Positions 37,490-51,557 of a stretch of DNA of 64,000 nucleotides are shown one piece after another. This stretch comes from Octopus vulgaris (taxonomy: Eukaryota): contig OX597823.1 in NCBI GenBank assembly GCA_951406725.2, positions 37,634,001-37,698,000 of the forward strand, in the 5' to 3' direction. Position numbers and translations under genes: made by a program. The notes beneath the pieces are model-generated. The model made no database searches. It saw only the letters and a list, made by a program, of their open reading frames with translations, and had not been told where the DNA came from. Positions within the stretch are counted from its first letter, which is position 1; the number at the start of each line of letters is the position of its first letter.

Positions 37490-38220
37490 AAGTTGATGAG
37501 GGCTTGACCAGAGAGAAAAATACCAAGTTTCAAACCTTTCAAATGAATCTATTCCACCACTTTCATCATAGCAACCAGATAGAGGAAGATTAGCTGCACT
37601 TCCCTGTGAAAGGAAGATGGCATGGTCAACTATGGACTTAACTGATAGCTAAATCTATTGTGTGTAACAGTAACTTTGTGACTAGCCCACCAGTCTCTGA
37701 ATGGTAGCATGCAAAGCAGCTTTGCATCTTGATTCAGCTGTTGGCATTTCTATATCTGTAGATCTTATCTCTCACTGAGAATGACTCCCTGTAGCAATGC
37801 TATACCAAGGGCTTTTGGAAGTTAATCTATAACCTCCAACTTGAAAGACCTCCAAAAGAGATAGCTCAAACTGTTCTTGTCAAAGTTCAGAGCCATTCTC
37901 AGGTCACTGTTGCTCATACTCTCCATAGAAAGTATAACTTATTTTCCTGCTAACAGCATCCCCAGTTGGTAAAGTGCTGTAAGTCTTTGTAACATTTAAA
38001 ATGCCAACCACCCAACCCTGGTCTAATGCCAAAAGGTACCCAGACCAGTTCACCTGTTTCTTAATCACTGTTGTAGTTAGCATTGCTAAAGTCAAAATAT
38101 TTCAGCAGGAGCATGAGCCTCAGTGTGAATCTTTCACATCATCATCAACAGCATACTGAAACACAAATTGGGTGTTGATAGTAGATACATTCTTTGTAGC
38201 AGAACTTGACCCTTCCATAA
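37490..38220 (-). mobile_element. Old RTE/BovB-like LINE remnant
   Basis: Minus frames show a degenerate QYA.DD region and a decayed RTE-like C-terminus. Confidence 0.4.
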
Positions 38221-40218
38221 GTGACAGATGACAACAACAACAACACAGACAAAATAATAAATAAATAAATAAAAATAACACAAACAGAACTACAAAACAT
38301 ATTAAAGAAATGGAGAGAAAAACTACTCCATGATCAATACCTTACATGGCTTGACAGAGAAGATGTGAGCCTAAGTAAAGACTAACAATAGCTGGGAACA
38401 ATGTTTAGGGTGGGACGAGGTAGGCATGAATGGGGGAGTATGCAGTGTACTAGTCCAGAGGAGTAGTAGTAATAAAAGACAGAAAAAACAGCATATTTGT
38501 AATAATGTAATAATAATGAATGTCGTTATCAATAATTTAGCTGGATAGTTCCTTTGGGGTACAACCTAGAACATTTGTGTGAAAAGTACACTAGTTTGGG
38601 TTTGGGAGTGTCAGCATCTGATTAGAGCCCAAGTATATTCAGGCCCTTATGTGATAGCCTACTCACTCTTTGGTATACGTTTATTTTCACAAGGTAACAA
38701 TAGTTGCCACATGAGATCAGGTTTTCTTCATGAATGAAATCAAGTATCATTAAATTCAATATAAGCACAATGTTATATAATAAAGCAACTAACTTTATTA
38801 TGAGCAATTAATAATTGTACTACTCTATATGAAGAATAAATTTTTGATGTTTAGTGATGAGAGGAGGCAGTGTGGCACAAAACTGTTTGGCCCCTATGTG
38901 TTGGGCTGTTGAAAGAACCTATCCTCATTCATACACAACTAGTGTGTTTGTCTACCAGAGGCAGTACAGGTCTGGCATGATTGGTCTGGGTTGCAAGTTT
39001 TTTTAAACTAAGAACTCAAACCTAATGGTAATGACTTATAAAAAGATCCCTGTCTTCCCCCAATATGGTGATCATTAAATATAAAAGAAAATTATAGCTA
39101 ATACAAATGCTGCATGAACAATTTAGTTGTTTACACTTCAACACAATTCTGAATACATGAAATAATGCTAAACTAAAAAAAAAAATTCAACTTAACAGTG
39201 ATACCAAATATTGACTGAATGTGAAATAGTTCTCTCCCTCTCTCTCACACACACACACACACATACAATAAAGTTGTTCTTTTCTCTCTGAGATATGTAT
39301 AAAAATGGGAAATTCCAGACTACAGGAAACTAATTTCAATAAGTTCTTGATGCATTTTGTTTCATAAGTGGATCTAAAATCCTGTATTTAACATAAGTTG
39401 ATTAAATATTTGTCTAAGATAGTACAAAATATGATTATTTATTTGCTAATCTATGATAACTGTATTGGTATGAACACAGAATGTAAAAGAAATGACAGAG
39501 GCAAATGAATGTACATCAGAATGGGGGAAGTGGGTATTTGCAGTAGTATCTGACCAAGACAGACTCTAAATGATATGATTAGATTTAACGTGAGGATATT
39601 GGTTCTCAAGAATTCAATGATTTCTGGATAAAGATGCCCAGAGAAATAAATGCTTTATGCAGACCTGTATATTAATTCATGGCAGCACAGAAGAATGAAA
39701 ATATTAATACGATTATGATGGAGAAGGAAAAGTAATCTTTTTTAATCTCGATATTCTACTTTACTTCAGCGAAAGGAAATGGTTAATAGAGACTGAGTCA
39801 AATGTAATAAAAGTGCACTGCCTTGAATGTCATCTATAGAAGAGGTTGAACTCATAACCTTTGACACATTAATTCAGCTGTGACTCATTTTACAACAAAT
39901 TAAATTAAGGCAGTTTGTGAACTCCATATAAATCAGCAAGTGAACCCCACTTGTCTATAATTTTAAAGCTGTCTTTATTTTATTTTAAAAGTAAAAACAA
40001 GAGATAATATTAGTTCCACTTTCTAAGACAAACAATATGCAAAATGGTATATTAAATTTTTTTTTTTTTTTTTTACAGTATCAACATATCATATACAAAA
40101 GTAATTAACCCTAACAATGCAATCTTGAGGTTGAATTTAGTGCAAGTCTTTTCCTGGGTTTTGGTAAACTACCAGATCTGAAAGTTCACTTGAATGATAA
40201 TGGGGGGGAAGTCATTCT

Positions 40219-40381
40219 ATAATAATAATAATAATAATAATTGTGTACAGTGCTCAGGTGCACTACAACTCATCTAAAGTGTATATATAATCAGGTGAAG
40301 TTTCGGCGGATTTCGGAAAGCATGAGGGCCTTAAAAGATGCAGTGTCATGGCAGTCAACAACTGACGCAGGCAGTTTATTC
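40219..40381 (-). mobile_element. 3' end of a CR1/L2-group LINE with (ATT)n tail
   Basis: Minus reads NKLPASVVDCHDTASFKALMLSEIRRNFT*, then a short UTR and ATT repeats. Confidence 0.75.
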
Positions 40382-41677
40382 TCTTTCAGAATAAGTATGG
40401 GATATCACCCCCACCCTTTTTTTTTCAAACCTTTTTTTCAAAAGATCCACTGAACAAATTTGTCCATACCTTGGATATGGATGGATTTAATAACACAGAT
40501 TCTGACCAGTAACTAAATAATTTCTAAGGGAAAACATAGACAGAATGAAAGTCACATTTTTGATTGGCAATTTTGAAACTTTCATTTAAAGAACTTTTGA
40601 GAGCAGCTGCAAAGCTGTTTCATTAAATTTTAAAATTAGAAATATCACAAAGAAAAAAGCTTTTTTTAAATATCTTATTTTCCTATACACTACAAGGTGT
40701 GAGTGTATTTAAAGATATATTATATATATATACATACATATACAGAGAGAGAGAGAGAGGTGTTCACTTTCATTTCCAAGTTACTAACGTTTTGTACAAT
40801 AAAAAGATTCTGACAAGAATCCAAGGAAAAGTAAAACATTTTCTTTTGAAGGTAGATTAAACAAACTATATATGGAAAATAATTCAATGGGAGAATAGAT
40901 ATTACAACAAAAACAACCAATTATTGAAGCAACAACACTGAATAAGCCTTGGTAAAATGAATAATATATTATGAAAAGGCAAGCAAGAGAATCTCTGAAA
41001 GAAAATACAGTTCCAGATGAGTCATTGTGAAGTGACTATAAGATAAAGAAGTTTTTCTCTTCTTTCAATGATTTTACAGGGAAATAACAACCCCTGCACA
41101 CACACACACACACACCACCTCAACCAACTGCTGCCAACCTTCAGCAAGCAAGCCAGCAACAATTCCTGACTCAGCAGTGGTTGGTTGGTAGGTAGGCTGG
41201 TTGGTAGATAGGTAGACTAATTCAAACCCATATAGTAAACTAGCAGTAAAGTAAAGTAGACTGGGAGAGGCAGTGCAATGGGGCAAAGTACTGTCAGATA
41301 ATTCACACACACACATTTCCGTGTGTATGTATGTGTGGATAGGCAGAGCAAGTAGTTTATAAAATGTCAGACATGCAACTGGTCTGTCACCAATTTTCTT
41401 AAATGTAAACAATCTGCCCCCACCCCAGACATTCTCCTACAATCTTAATAATGTGTAGGTGGAAGGAACTACCAAGTAAGTAAACTGAGAGAAGGGAGAG
41501 AGATTTAGGAAGTAACTGGTGGTTGTGGCTTAGTAGTAGTAGTAGTTATAGCAGCAGTAGTAACATTATCAATATATATATATATATATATATAATTATA
41601 ACTGTGATGATAATTCCTCCCTATTTCATATAAAGGGATTACTTGAAATAATATAAGAATAATAAATAAACAATAAC

Positions 41678-41831
41678 GTGGCTGTGTGGTAAGTAGCTTG
41701 CTTACCAACCACATGGTTCCGGGTTCAGTCCCACTGCGTGGCACCTTGGGCAAGTGTTTTCTACTATAGCCTCAGGCCGACCAAAGCCTTGTGAGTGGAT
41801 ATGGTAGATGGAAACTGAAAGAAGCCTGTCG

Positions 41832-41862
<31 letters not shown>

Positions 41863-42215
41863 TTGTCCCCCCTAACAGGTAAGTAGCTTGCTAACCAACC
41901 ACATGGTTCCGGGTTCAGTCCCACTGCGTGGCATCTTGGGCAAGTGTCTTCTGCTATAGCCTCGGGCTGACCAAAGCCTTGTGAGTGGATTTGGTAGATG
42001 GAAACTGAAAGAAGCCTGTTGTATATATGTATATATATATGTATGTGTTTGTGTGTCTGTGTTTGTCCCCCGTCACTTAGCGGTTCAGCAAAAGAGACCG
42101 ATAGAATAAGTACTGGGCTTACAAAGAATAAGTCCCGGGGTCGATTTGCTCGACTAAAGGCAGTGCTCCAGCATGGCCGCAGTCAAATGACTGAAACAAG
42201 TAAAAGAGAAAAGAG
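41678..42215 (+). mobile_element. SINE family 2 with tandemly duplicated head (41678-41877, 41878-42070) and one tail
   Basis: TGGCTGTGTGGTAAG A box, GGGTTCAGTCCC B box and CORE-like CCTTGGGCAAGTG. Head repeated nearly identically. Confidence 0.9.
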
Positions 42216-42924
42216 AATATATTGTGTTTGATTAAAAAGATGTGATAACTATGGCTGGAATGCCTTTCATTATGAGTCTGTTTGATCAAGCTGACCTGTG
42301 TCTAAACAACCTCAAATTTTTTTCAAGTGAGGGTCAGCGAGTTATTGAATAGTGAGTGAACTGGTCCACTTACCTACAACAGGTAAGAGAAGAACCTAAT
42401 CAGGTGAGGAAGGTTACTATGACAGGTCAGATGCCGAAGAAGAAAAACTGATAAGAAAAATATGAGAGAGAGAGAGAGGACTAAGAGGAGGGTGAATATT
42501 GATTTATTCAGCTGTATCAATCAGTTAGGTAAACAACTAATTTATTTACAAATTGGTTCAATAAATATATAGTGGTGCATCTAATTCCAGTGCTCAACAA
42601 AGTTATGACTGAATGAAGAGAAACATTGATTTAGTTAACTAATTAATTTAGTTATCTAATCACTCAACTTGTTCTAGTTATGGAGAGTAAGTATAAAAAA
42701 AGAGATGACCTAGTAGTAAAGCCTCCAAATAACCAAAAGTGGATCCAATATAATTAAGGTAGTTAAAATAGGGGCTGTGCAATTAACATGGACCTCTCTT
42801 AACTAAATTTCATTTTATAATTCTATGAAGGTCTTTTCTAAAATAAAAAAAATAAACACCAAACAAGATCATGTCTTTTCAGTTTTAAAATGTTCTTATT
42901 TGTTGCTCACTGCCATTGAAACTA

Positions 42925-43068
42925 TACCAGCCTGTACTCCTTGAAGTACAGACTAGCTTGTACTCGCTGAAGTAGACTAGCACATACTCATCAAAGCAGA
43001 CTAGCTCATACTTGTTGAAGTACACTAGCCCATACTTGTTGCAGTACACTAGCCCATACTCATTCAGT
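42925..43068. repeat. Minisatellite, about 6 x 23-25 bp
   Basis: Unit approximately ACTAGCCCATACTTGTTGAAGTAC. Confidence 0.85.
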
Positions 43069-46000
43069 TAATGGATTTTTATTAAACCCTTTCAAGAAAT
43101 TGATTAAACAATTTAGATCAAATTGTTTCAACTGAGTTTGTCTAAGCAATTAGACAGAACTTCCTCTGGGTGTGTTAAAAATGTGAAAAAGCAAGAGAGA
43201 TAATTCCAATAAAATCAACTGAATTCTTGGAAAATATAGAAAATACAGTAACATATTTGTTGGTTTTTATCAGACCTCTTTGGTGAAGTGTATTATTCTC
43301 AGTTGGCAGGACTAAGAGGTGATCAGTGCGTGTGTGCATGCTGTGATGATAATGGTCGAGGAAAAATTGACCCATGATAGTGCTCTGCATAGGTAACATA
43401 TGGTGGGTGTCACCACATATGTAATATGATGAACTGACAAATTCAATTGAGGTTATACAAGCAATTAGTAGGCAAAAACTCCCTCTAAGGTTGTTTAGTA
43501 TCTAACAACAAAAGATATTGATCACCTGATCTTATTAGAATTATTGCCATGTGTATCAGTTTAGATTTTGAACACCCCTAGGGGGAGTTTCTGTCTCCAA
43601 ACTGCTTGGATAATCACAATTGCTCAAAGTATTTCAACTCACTATATATTAAAACCTTACTGTATTTAGTATAAGAGATGCCTGCTTGATGTGTACTTTA
43701 CTTCCCAATCATATAACATTGCCTTTAGAATTATCAGATTGTAAAGCTAGTCATAAATAATCCCGACAAAGCACATTATCTGTTGCTAAAACTACAACAA
43801 AATAGAGCTAAGTATTAGAGATTCTACCACAAAACACTGCCCAACTAGAAAATGTTATGTTTAACATTTAATGAAATAGTGTAAGCATATAATTAGGTGG
43901 CCTTATCAACTAATTGGCCAGTAGTTTTAATTAAAAGAGATAAGACAGACTCACAATCTCTGATTAGTATCTTTAAGATATATCAGGGTCATATCCCTAA
44001 GACAGTAGTCTCAAATTTTATCTCCTCAATTATAAGCCTGTTCTCTCATTTCTCCAGTTTACAACTTCCTGTACCAAATTACTTACTAAAGATCTAACCC
44101 TGTATAAAAATAAGTATGGGGTCATCAATCTTCTATGTACAAATTCAGAATTTAACCCTTTCCATTACCATATTTCTGTTGAAATGCACTGCCTTTGTTT
44201 AAACTAAGTTTTAAAATAATGAAAAATTTACTAAAATAGCAGGCATTATTTAGCTGATGTTTACAACATGACATCATGGATTCAGTACTGACACCACAAA
44301 AGACATCCAACAGCCTTGCAAGAGCAAAACCATAGCAACATTTCCTTTGTAACACTAAATACAACTTTTCCCCCAGACATCACCTGTTTCACATATCCAC
44401 CACCATCACTACCACATGGTGGACAATCCCCAACTTTCTTTTGATCACCAACAAAGTATCACACTCACACACATCAAAATACTTTTAAAAGGAAAGAGAT
44501 TCAAAGTTTGCAGTATTCAAATCCCCGCCTCAATCACCAAATACATACATTCAACAAAATAGTTATAGATACTTCCAGGGAAACAAAAAGAAGTATAACC
44601 CAATTACAAAACCCCAAATAACCAACCAGATTTAATCTAGGGGCAACCTGAAACAAAATAGACAGCAGAAATTAAAAATATTCAGCATCAAACAACCAAA
44701 CAAGAAAATAAACAAAAACTACAAAACGCTCCCAGAAATCTGGCAAACATTGTATTCCAACTAACCATGAAACAGACTCTATGAAAGATCTCTTCAAACA
44801 ACTCTCAAAACCAACCACCAAAATTTTACTTTCCACTAAGACCATGATATCAACCCTTTCTTCTGTCAGATGCCGCATCCAAAAAAGCAACAAGGAAAGG
44901 TAAAAACTAGAAAGCTTCAGAGCTTAACAAAATGACAAATCTTGTCAAGCTCTAAACATATACCTAAAGCATTAAAAACTTGAAGGGATCATTGCACTCT
45001 TCATCTACACATTGCCAAATTCCCAGAATCTGCCAGCTGAATATAATCAGAAAAATTTCATAACCAAGCAAAAAGACCCATCTCATGCCTATGCACTCCC
45101 TCAATGACTTTAAAAGATATTATCCTTGACATTACTAACTCACAATACACTCTCCTCTCTAAATCAAAACATGAATTCAGACCACTACACTCAACCATCA
45201 CAAAGTATATCTGATGACATCAACAACAAAAGCACCTTCAACAGATACCATTCCCACAACTACCGACATCAGCAAAGATGCTGATTCCATTCCACTTGCA
45301 TACAAAATACTCAACACTTCCTTAACCAATACATCAAAAGATTGACTAAAATTACATCATGTGGGGTCACCCACTTTAAATAGTACAATTCCAGAATTTC
45401 CACATAATGGAAGTAAAATAATGTTAAACCATCTAGATATGCAAAGATCACAGTTTGTTGCCACAGCAAACTTCAATACTTACACTGCTACATGAGAAAT
45501 CACCCCAGCCCAAATCTTCATGTATTTTACATTCTAAGCCTGAGAATTCTACACAAACACCCAGTGGCGGACTGGCTTGGTTGCCAGCTTGCCCAATGGC
45601 AAGTGGGCCCCTGCACCATTAGAATCCATATATGGAGGCCCATCCGCTCAAGTTTGAGAATTTTTTATTCCCTCCTGGAAATATATATTAAATATTTCAA
45701 CCTGGGTGTGTTTGTAGACACTTGTAAAGAATATTTTTAACATTACAAAAAAAAAAAAAAAAAAATTAAATGATAGCATTGTAGTTGTGGGTGGGCTCCC
45801 TCAGTCTCCTGGCAACCAATATTTTTAGACCCAGTCCGCCAGTGCAAACACCATCTCTCTCCCACTCAGCCCCCACATAAAAAAAAACAAAAAAAAACAT
45901 GGAAATGCTAGCAGTAGCAATATACCCAAATTCTGTGTTGGAATACACATCACCAATACAAAAGAGAAAGGAAGAGCAACTGTTGTTTGACCAAGAGTGC

Positions 46001-46979
46001 ACCTGCCTGCCTCAGTGGCCACCACCACTGCAGGGTAGGCTGGACAGTGGAAATGGTGCAGCATTCCAAAACTTTAACACTGCACAGAAAACAATTCTAC
46101 ACAGAATGGTTAGAGTGTGCAATATGGTCTTCACAGTTGAGTGAGAGTAGCTGGTCAGTTGGAAATTGGATACCTGCTTGATCAGAACTGAGCAAGGGTT
46201 ACACAACAATTATCTATAATTAGTGTTAATTACCTTGTCAAGTTATCATGTTCCTTTGATTCAGCCACTACTACAAATAGGTAAAGTATAAGAGGGGAAA
46301 CTTGGTATATACACACACACACACACACACACACAGCTAATGTGTGTGTGTGGCGTATGGTCATGCATGTATGCAAAGTGTTATATATACACACACACGT
46401 GTATGTGTGTGTTATATGTTAAGTATAAGAGGGTTTATAACCACATGGAAGTTATCAATTAGAAAACAACAGCCAGTCTTCATGCACAAACATCACTCTC
46501 CACAACTCTTTATTTACTCTTTCAGTAGGGCAACACTAAACAATCTACCAGACATAAAACATGAAGTGGAGAGGAGGAGGAGGAAGAAGAAGCAATTATT
46601 TATAAATTACAGAAGAAAAAAAACAAGAGTTTAAAAACTGTTGAAGTGATAGCAGTTGGTTGACCTTTAGATAACATTAACAGTAATTTGTGAACTACTG
46701 TAGAAAAAAAGAGATGAGGGAGGGAGAGGCTTATAATGGCTCTAGGCAGACACATATTCCTGTCACTGGCCAGGAGAGTAAGCCAGCATTGTATTAGAAG
46801 AGAGGTGTAGATAGCAAATACTTATAATACTCTTGACACACAAATACAAAGGTTTCAAGCCCACAAGCAGTCCAGAACTTTTCTTTTACTGGTGTCAGAG
46901 AATCCTAGCCTTAATAGAATCTAAAACTATGGAAAGCATTGTTTCAGCTTTTGACAGAAACCATATATAAGGAAGATAA

Positions 46980-47650
46980 TTCATTCTTTTACTGGTTCCA
47001 GTCATTGATGTGAGGCTATGCTTGAGCACCCGTTTTTAATCAGTCATACTGATAATTAACAACAGTTTGGTATTTATTTTATCAATTTCTTATCAAATGG
47101 CTTAGTTATATTTTGATATAATTGGTCACAATGCAACGTTTTTATAAGGTGAGTGTGTGGTAAGGTTGTGACTTTGAAGTTTCAGCTTGCTCTCCTTTGT
47201 TAGACTGTCAACTGAACAAAATTGGAACAATTCCAGGGCCAAGCATACAATATTGGCTTTATATAAATCTTAACATACACACATAATTACACACACACAC
47301 ATATATATGAGAGAGAAAAGGAATCAGTTATTCTTGTAGTATTCCAGTTGTTCAATTAACTGAGTTACCTGTTCCTGAATTAACATGTAAATGGCTGAGT
47401 ACTCCATGGGCACATATGTACCCTTAATATAATTCTCAAGTAGAATCAGCATAACACAATGTGTGACAAGCCATTGTGTCATGCAATAACAAATACAATA
47501 CATTTGATGGGCTTCTATACAGCTTCCATCTCACAACATATGGGTCAACATGAGGCTACAGAGAATAAATGATATTTGTCCAATATGCTACATAGAGGGC
47601 TTGAACCTGGGACCTGGTGGTTGTGAAACAAATATCTTAAACATTTGGCC
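46980..47650 (-). mobile_element. Decayed family 2 SINE pieces
   Basis: Tail motif near 46985-47025; head motif near 47505-47650. Confidence 0.45.
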
Positions 47651-47829
47651 ATAGTGCACCATACGCACATGCACAATACATATTGCACATACACATATGA
47701 CAGACTTCAGCACTTTCCATTTACCAAATTCCTCTTAGATGGAATTAGTCAACCCTATTAAGCAGTAGAAATCAATTGCCAATTAAAACTGCATGGGTAC
47801 ATTTAAATTCTAAAATGATCTTTTCTAAA

Positions 47830-48195
47830 TGCCATAATCCAGTCCCTCTGAATTTTTCCGTTACAACTAACCTTACTACCAGTCATCACATTCTTCCAGA
47901 TGTTCATCTACATGGAGCAAGTTCTTAACTGACCACTGTCACCCCTTAATGCCCACATTACTTTGGGTTTTTTTTTTCAACACTAATAGTCAGACCAATT
48001 TTTTTTACCAATACTATATAAACTATTAGTAATTTCTGCTTCATCTTCAGCAATCAATGCCAGGTCATCTACAAAACCCATGTCTGTTGATCTTGTTACC
48101 ATCTCTCCAGATGAGTCCATTATGAAGACCTAGAAACTTCAGCCTAAAATAATCAACAACAGAGAGGGACTAAATGCAACTGAGGCACTACACTA
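47830..48195 (-). mobile_element. Old RTE RT remnant
   Basis: Minus reads FSPSLLII...MGFVDDLALIAEDEAE, similar to YADDLALIAES of the intact ORF. Confidence 0.55.
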
Positions 48196-48261
48196 AGTAT
48201 TAGTAGGTAAAGCATCTCATTCATTTAACTTATCTCTACAATAACACATTCAGTAATATTG

Positions 48262-48455
48262 ATTTCAAATTTTGGCACAAAGCTAGCAATTTCAGGGGAG
48301 GGGGTAAGTCAATAACATTGACCCTAGTGGTGTTCAACTGGTACTTATTTTACTGACCTCAAAAGAATGAAAGGTAAAGCTGACCTTGGTGAAATTTGAA
48401 CTCAGAACGTAAAAATGGGCAAAATACTGCTAAGCATTTTGCCTAGCATGCTACT
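48262..48455 (-). mobile_element. SINE family 1
   Basis: Homology to 2701-2920 and 7298-7497. Confidence 0.8.
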
Positions 48456-49586
48456 ATTGACTGCATCTCATTTCTAAGTCAATTTTCTTTAGATAGTAAG
48501 GGAGGGGGAACCTCAAAGAAAAAAAAAAAAAAATCACTCTTCGTGCAAGAATTCCCTATAATTATGTTACTAACTGAATTAGGTCTTCACATACATTCAT
48601 TATCAAGGTGTTTCTAAATGTGTGTGTGTGTGTGTGTGTGTATGCACTTATTTGCATGTAACTGCATGCTGGTGCAAGTATGTGTGTGAGATATTAGTAA
48701 AAAGGATCTGAACTGATCAAAAATAAGATTAAAAAAGAAAAGAAAGAAAACAAATTCTGCCTGTCTCCACTCATCCACTTGTCATGTAAACCTGTCTGAA
48801 GGCACACGTACATGCATAAAGAAACTAAAACAAATAATAATAAAAACAGACTTAGTTGTTTCCTAATGGAAAATGGTAATATTTGTGTTGAGCGAGAATC
48901 AATGAAATAACTTCCAAGTAATCAGTAACGGAATAGAACCATTATGGTACCGAGCCATGAGTAATATTGGAATCTGTCTTAATAAAAAAAATATATAAAT
49001 AAGAACAGAAACATGCAGAATGCCTGACTTGGTGAATGGCCTACACATTCATTCAGAACAAACATGCAAATATGCAAGAGAAACAACCAAAGCCACAGAC
49101 AAAGATCTGTCTACAGATTCTACCTGTGTTTTTTCCCTTTTTCTTTTTGTTTCCAACCCCCCACTCCACCCCCATCACTTGTCAGTGTTTTTATGATTCA
49201 CTTTTAAATAACAGTGTGGCCCATAAGATCTCTAGCTTTATAGTTCCAATATTATTTCTGTTTCCACATTTGGAATCAATTTTAATTTGCCCAGTTACAA
49301 CAGAAATATAAGAAATACAATTAAATGCAATAAAAAAAACAAATAAAATCATTAACAAAAAATTGGGGGGGGGGGCGTAACTTTAGCATTTGCAGAGGAA
49401 AAAACTATTTTGAATAAAACTTCTGTCTTACTCTTCAGGAAATATTCTCTCACCATAAGTTGTGAACTTGCTCAAACATAAATTTTTACACACACATACA
49501 CACTTGCTCTCACATCTCACCCCCCCCCCACACACACACACACAATCACTGTCACTTTCTCTCTTCCTCTGCCCAACCACTTTCTT

Positions 49587-49617
<31 letters not shown>

Positions 49618-50027
49618 CAAAAACCCTAAAATAATGGAGGCTAAATCAAGTGACTTCTTTTTACAATTTTCAAACTTCTACACTCATTTCTATTGACACC
49701 AGAAACAATGTGGAGTAACTACTTCCACTGAACCTACCTTGCCCTACAAATTTGAATACCTGCATACAAAAAGTCCCAGTATAAACACAGAGAATCACAT
49801 GATACATGCAAGGCATTTAGATATAAAAGAGTCCATAATTTTAAAGTGATGGTATTAAACTCCAAAAAGGAATCTTTCCCTGTGAAGGACACCTGTCTAT
49901 TACATATAATGTTTCCAAATGGGGTCCACTTTCAACATCTAGGTGAACTAAAAGCAAGTGGAATTGTTAACAAAATTTCTGAGTTCACCGTTCAATACCA
50001 AACAGATTTGGCCAGTGATGAGCTATA

Positions 50028-50345
50028 GGTACGGCTGTGTGGTTAAGAAGCTTGCTTCCCAACCATGTGGTCTTGGGTTCAACCTCATCAAGCGGTACTT
50101 TGGGCAAGTGCCTTCAACTATAGTCCAGGGTCATCTAAGTCCTTGTGAGCAGTTTTGGTAGACTGAAAGAAGCCCATTTCAATATGTGGGTGGGTATATA
50201 TATATATATATATTTATACACACAGACATACATACATAAACATAAGTAGCAGTGGAAAAGTACTGGGGTCAATTCATTTGACTAAAAAACTTTTGCAAGG
50301 CAGTCATGGACGCAGTCTAATGACTGAAACAAGTAAGGAATAAAA
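50028..50345 (+). mobile_element. SINE family 2
   Basis: GGCTGTGTGGTTAAGAAGCTTGC head and AATGACTGAAACAAGTAA tail. Confidence 0.75.
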
Positions 50346-50488
50346 GGTACAAGTCACTGAATTATTCATATTGAGAAGTATCCTTGGGTTGTGATAATCC
50401 CCTACTTTTTCAGGGATATGGTGGCCAATCAGCACTATTAAAAACGTCTGAACAAAATAAATCTTTCTCCAATTTCCAACAAATATCT

Positions 50489-50920
50489 TTAATTCTTTAG
50501 CATTCAGATTAAATTCTATTATAATTCTTATTTATTGACATTGTTTTGAATTAATCAGACATTATCTTGTATCTTCAAGATTTTGATGATGAATTGTATA
50601 TTTTTTTAATGAAATTGTAAGGGAGGTGTGACAGACCCAACTTGAATGGTTTGAAGATAAATCAAGTAGAACACTTTAGCCAGATTTGGCCAGGTTAAAT
50701 ATTTTTTAATCCATTTGATAATAACCCATCTGGATCTTCTCCCAGTTCTATGATATAAATTCTCTACTCCAAAATGGTTTTAATTAACATGTTATCAGAA
50801 TTTCACTTTTAATTTATGTTCCAAACACTAGCTAAATAACAAAGTTATTTTGATAAATATTTTATTATTATCAAAATTGAAACAAAGACTATTTCAATTG
50901 AAAGATGGAAACAGAGTTAG
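50489..50920 (+). mobile_element. Adjacent TTAA MITEs (family B then family A), decayed
   Basis: Homology to 12564-12759 and 6655-6840. Confidence 0.6.
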
Positions 50921-51269
50921 ATACACAAGTTATAATATTCAATGTTATTGTAATGTATTTAGGCAATTTTCTAAAGGAAAGGAGAGAATAGTCCCACTCA
51001 AGAAAGGAAATATTTAACTTTTCTAACTACAAAGAGGAGAAATCAAATAAAGAATATCAGAACTGCTATTATTGGGAAGTCATATAAACAGCGATGACTA
51101 TCATTATACATCACAAAATATACATTATCATATAAAATATATATCGTTTATGTATGTGTGTGTACTATGTATATATTACTAGGAAAGTGTGTAAGGTTTG
51201 TCCACTCATATTTATTTGTTTATATAGTATGCCAAGCAAAAGAAAAAGGTGCCCAACATATTTAGTAGG

Positions 51270-51309
<40 letters not shown>

Positions 51310-51324
51310 TATATACTTTTGTTG

Positions 51325-51514
51325 TGTTTGGGGAGAGTCATTCTCTTTTAGTGTCTTATTATTTAACACACTCACTGGTAAAGTTACCACTTATTTACTT
51401 TTTTAGAGTTGCAAGACGCAACGAAAATTTTAAGAAAAATAAATAAGTAAATGAGTGGAAACTTTAGCGGTGAGTGTGTTAAATAATAGGACACTAAAAG
51501 AGGATGACTCTCTC

Positions 51515-51520
<6 letters not shown>
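51325..51520. mobile_element. Palindromic MITE with arms of about 75 bp in TA repeats
   Basis: TTTGGGGAGAGTCATTCTCTTTTAGTGTC...ATTTACTT is mirrored by AAGTAAATGAGTGG...GGATGACTCTCTCCAAA. Confidence 0.8.

Positions 51521-51556
<36 letters not shown>

Positions 51557-51557
<1 letters not shown>

Noticed and set aside
44340-45760. A/C-rich stretch resembling an old LINE ORF
   Set aside because: No motif could be read reliably.
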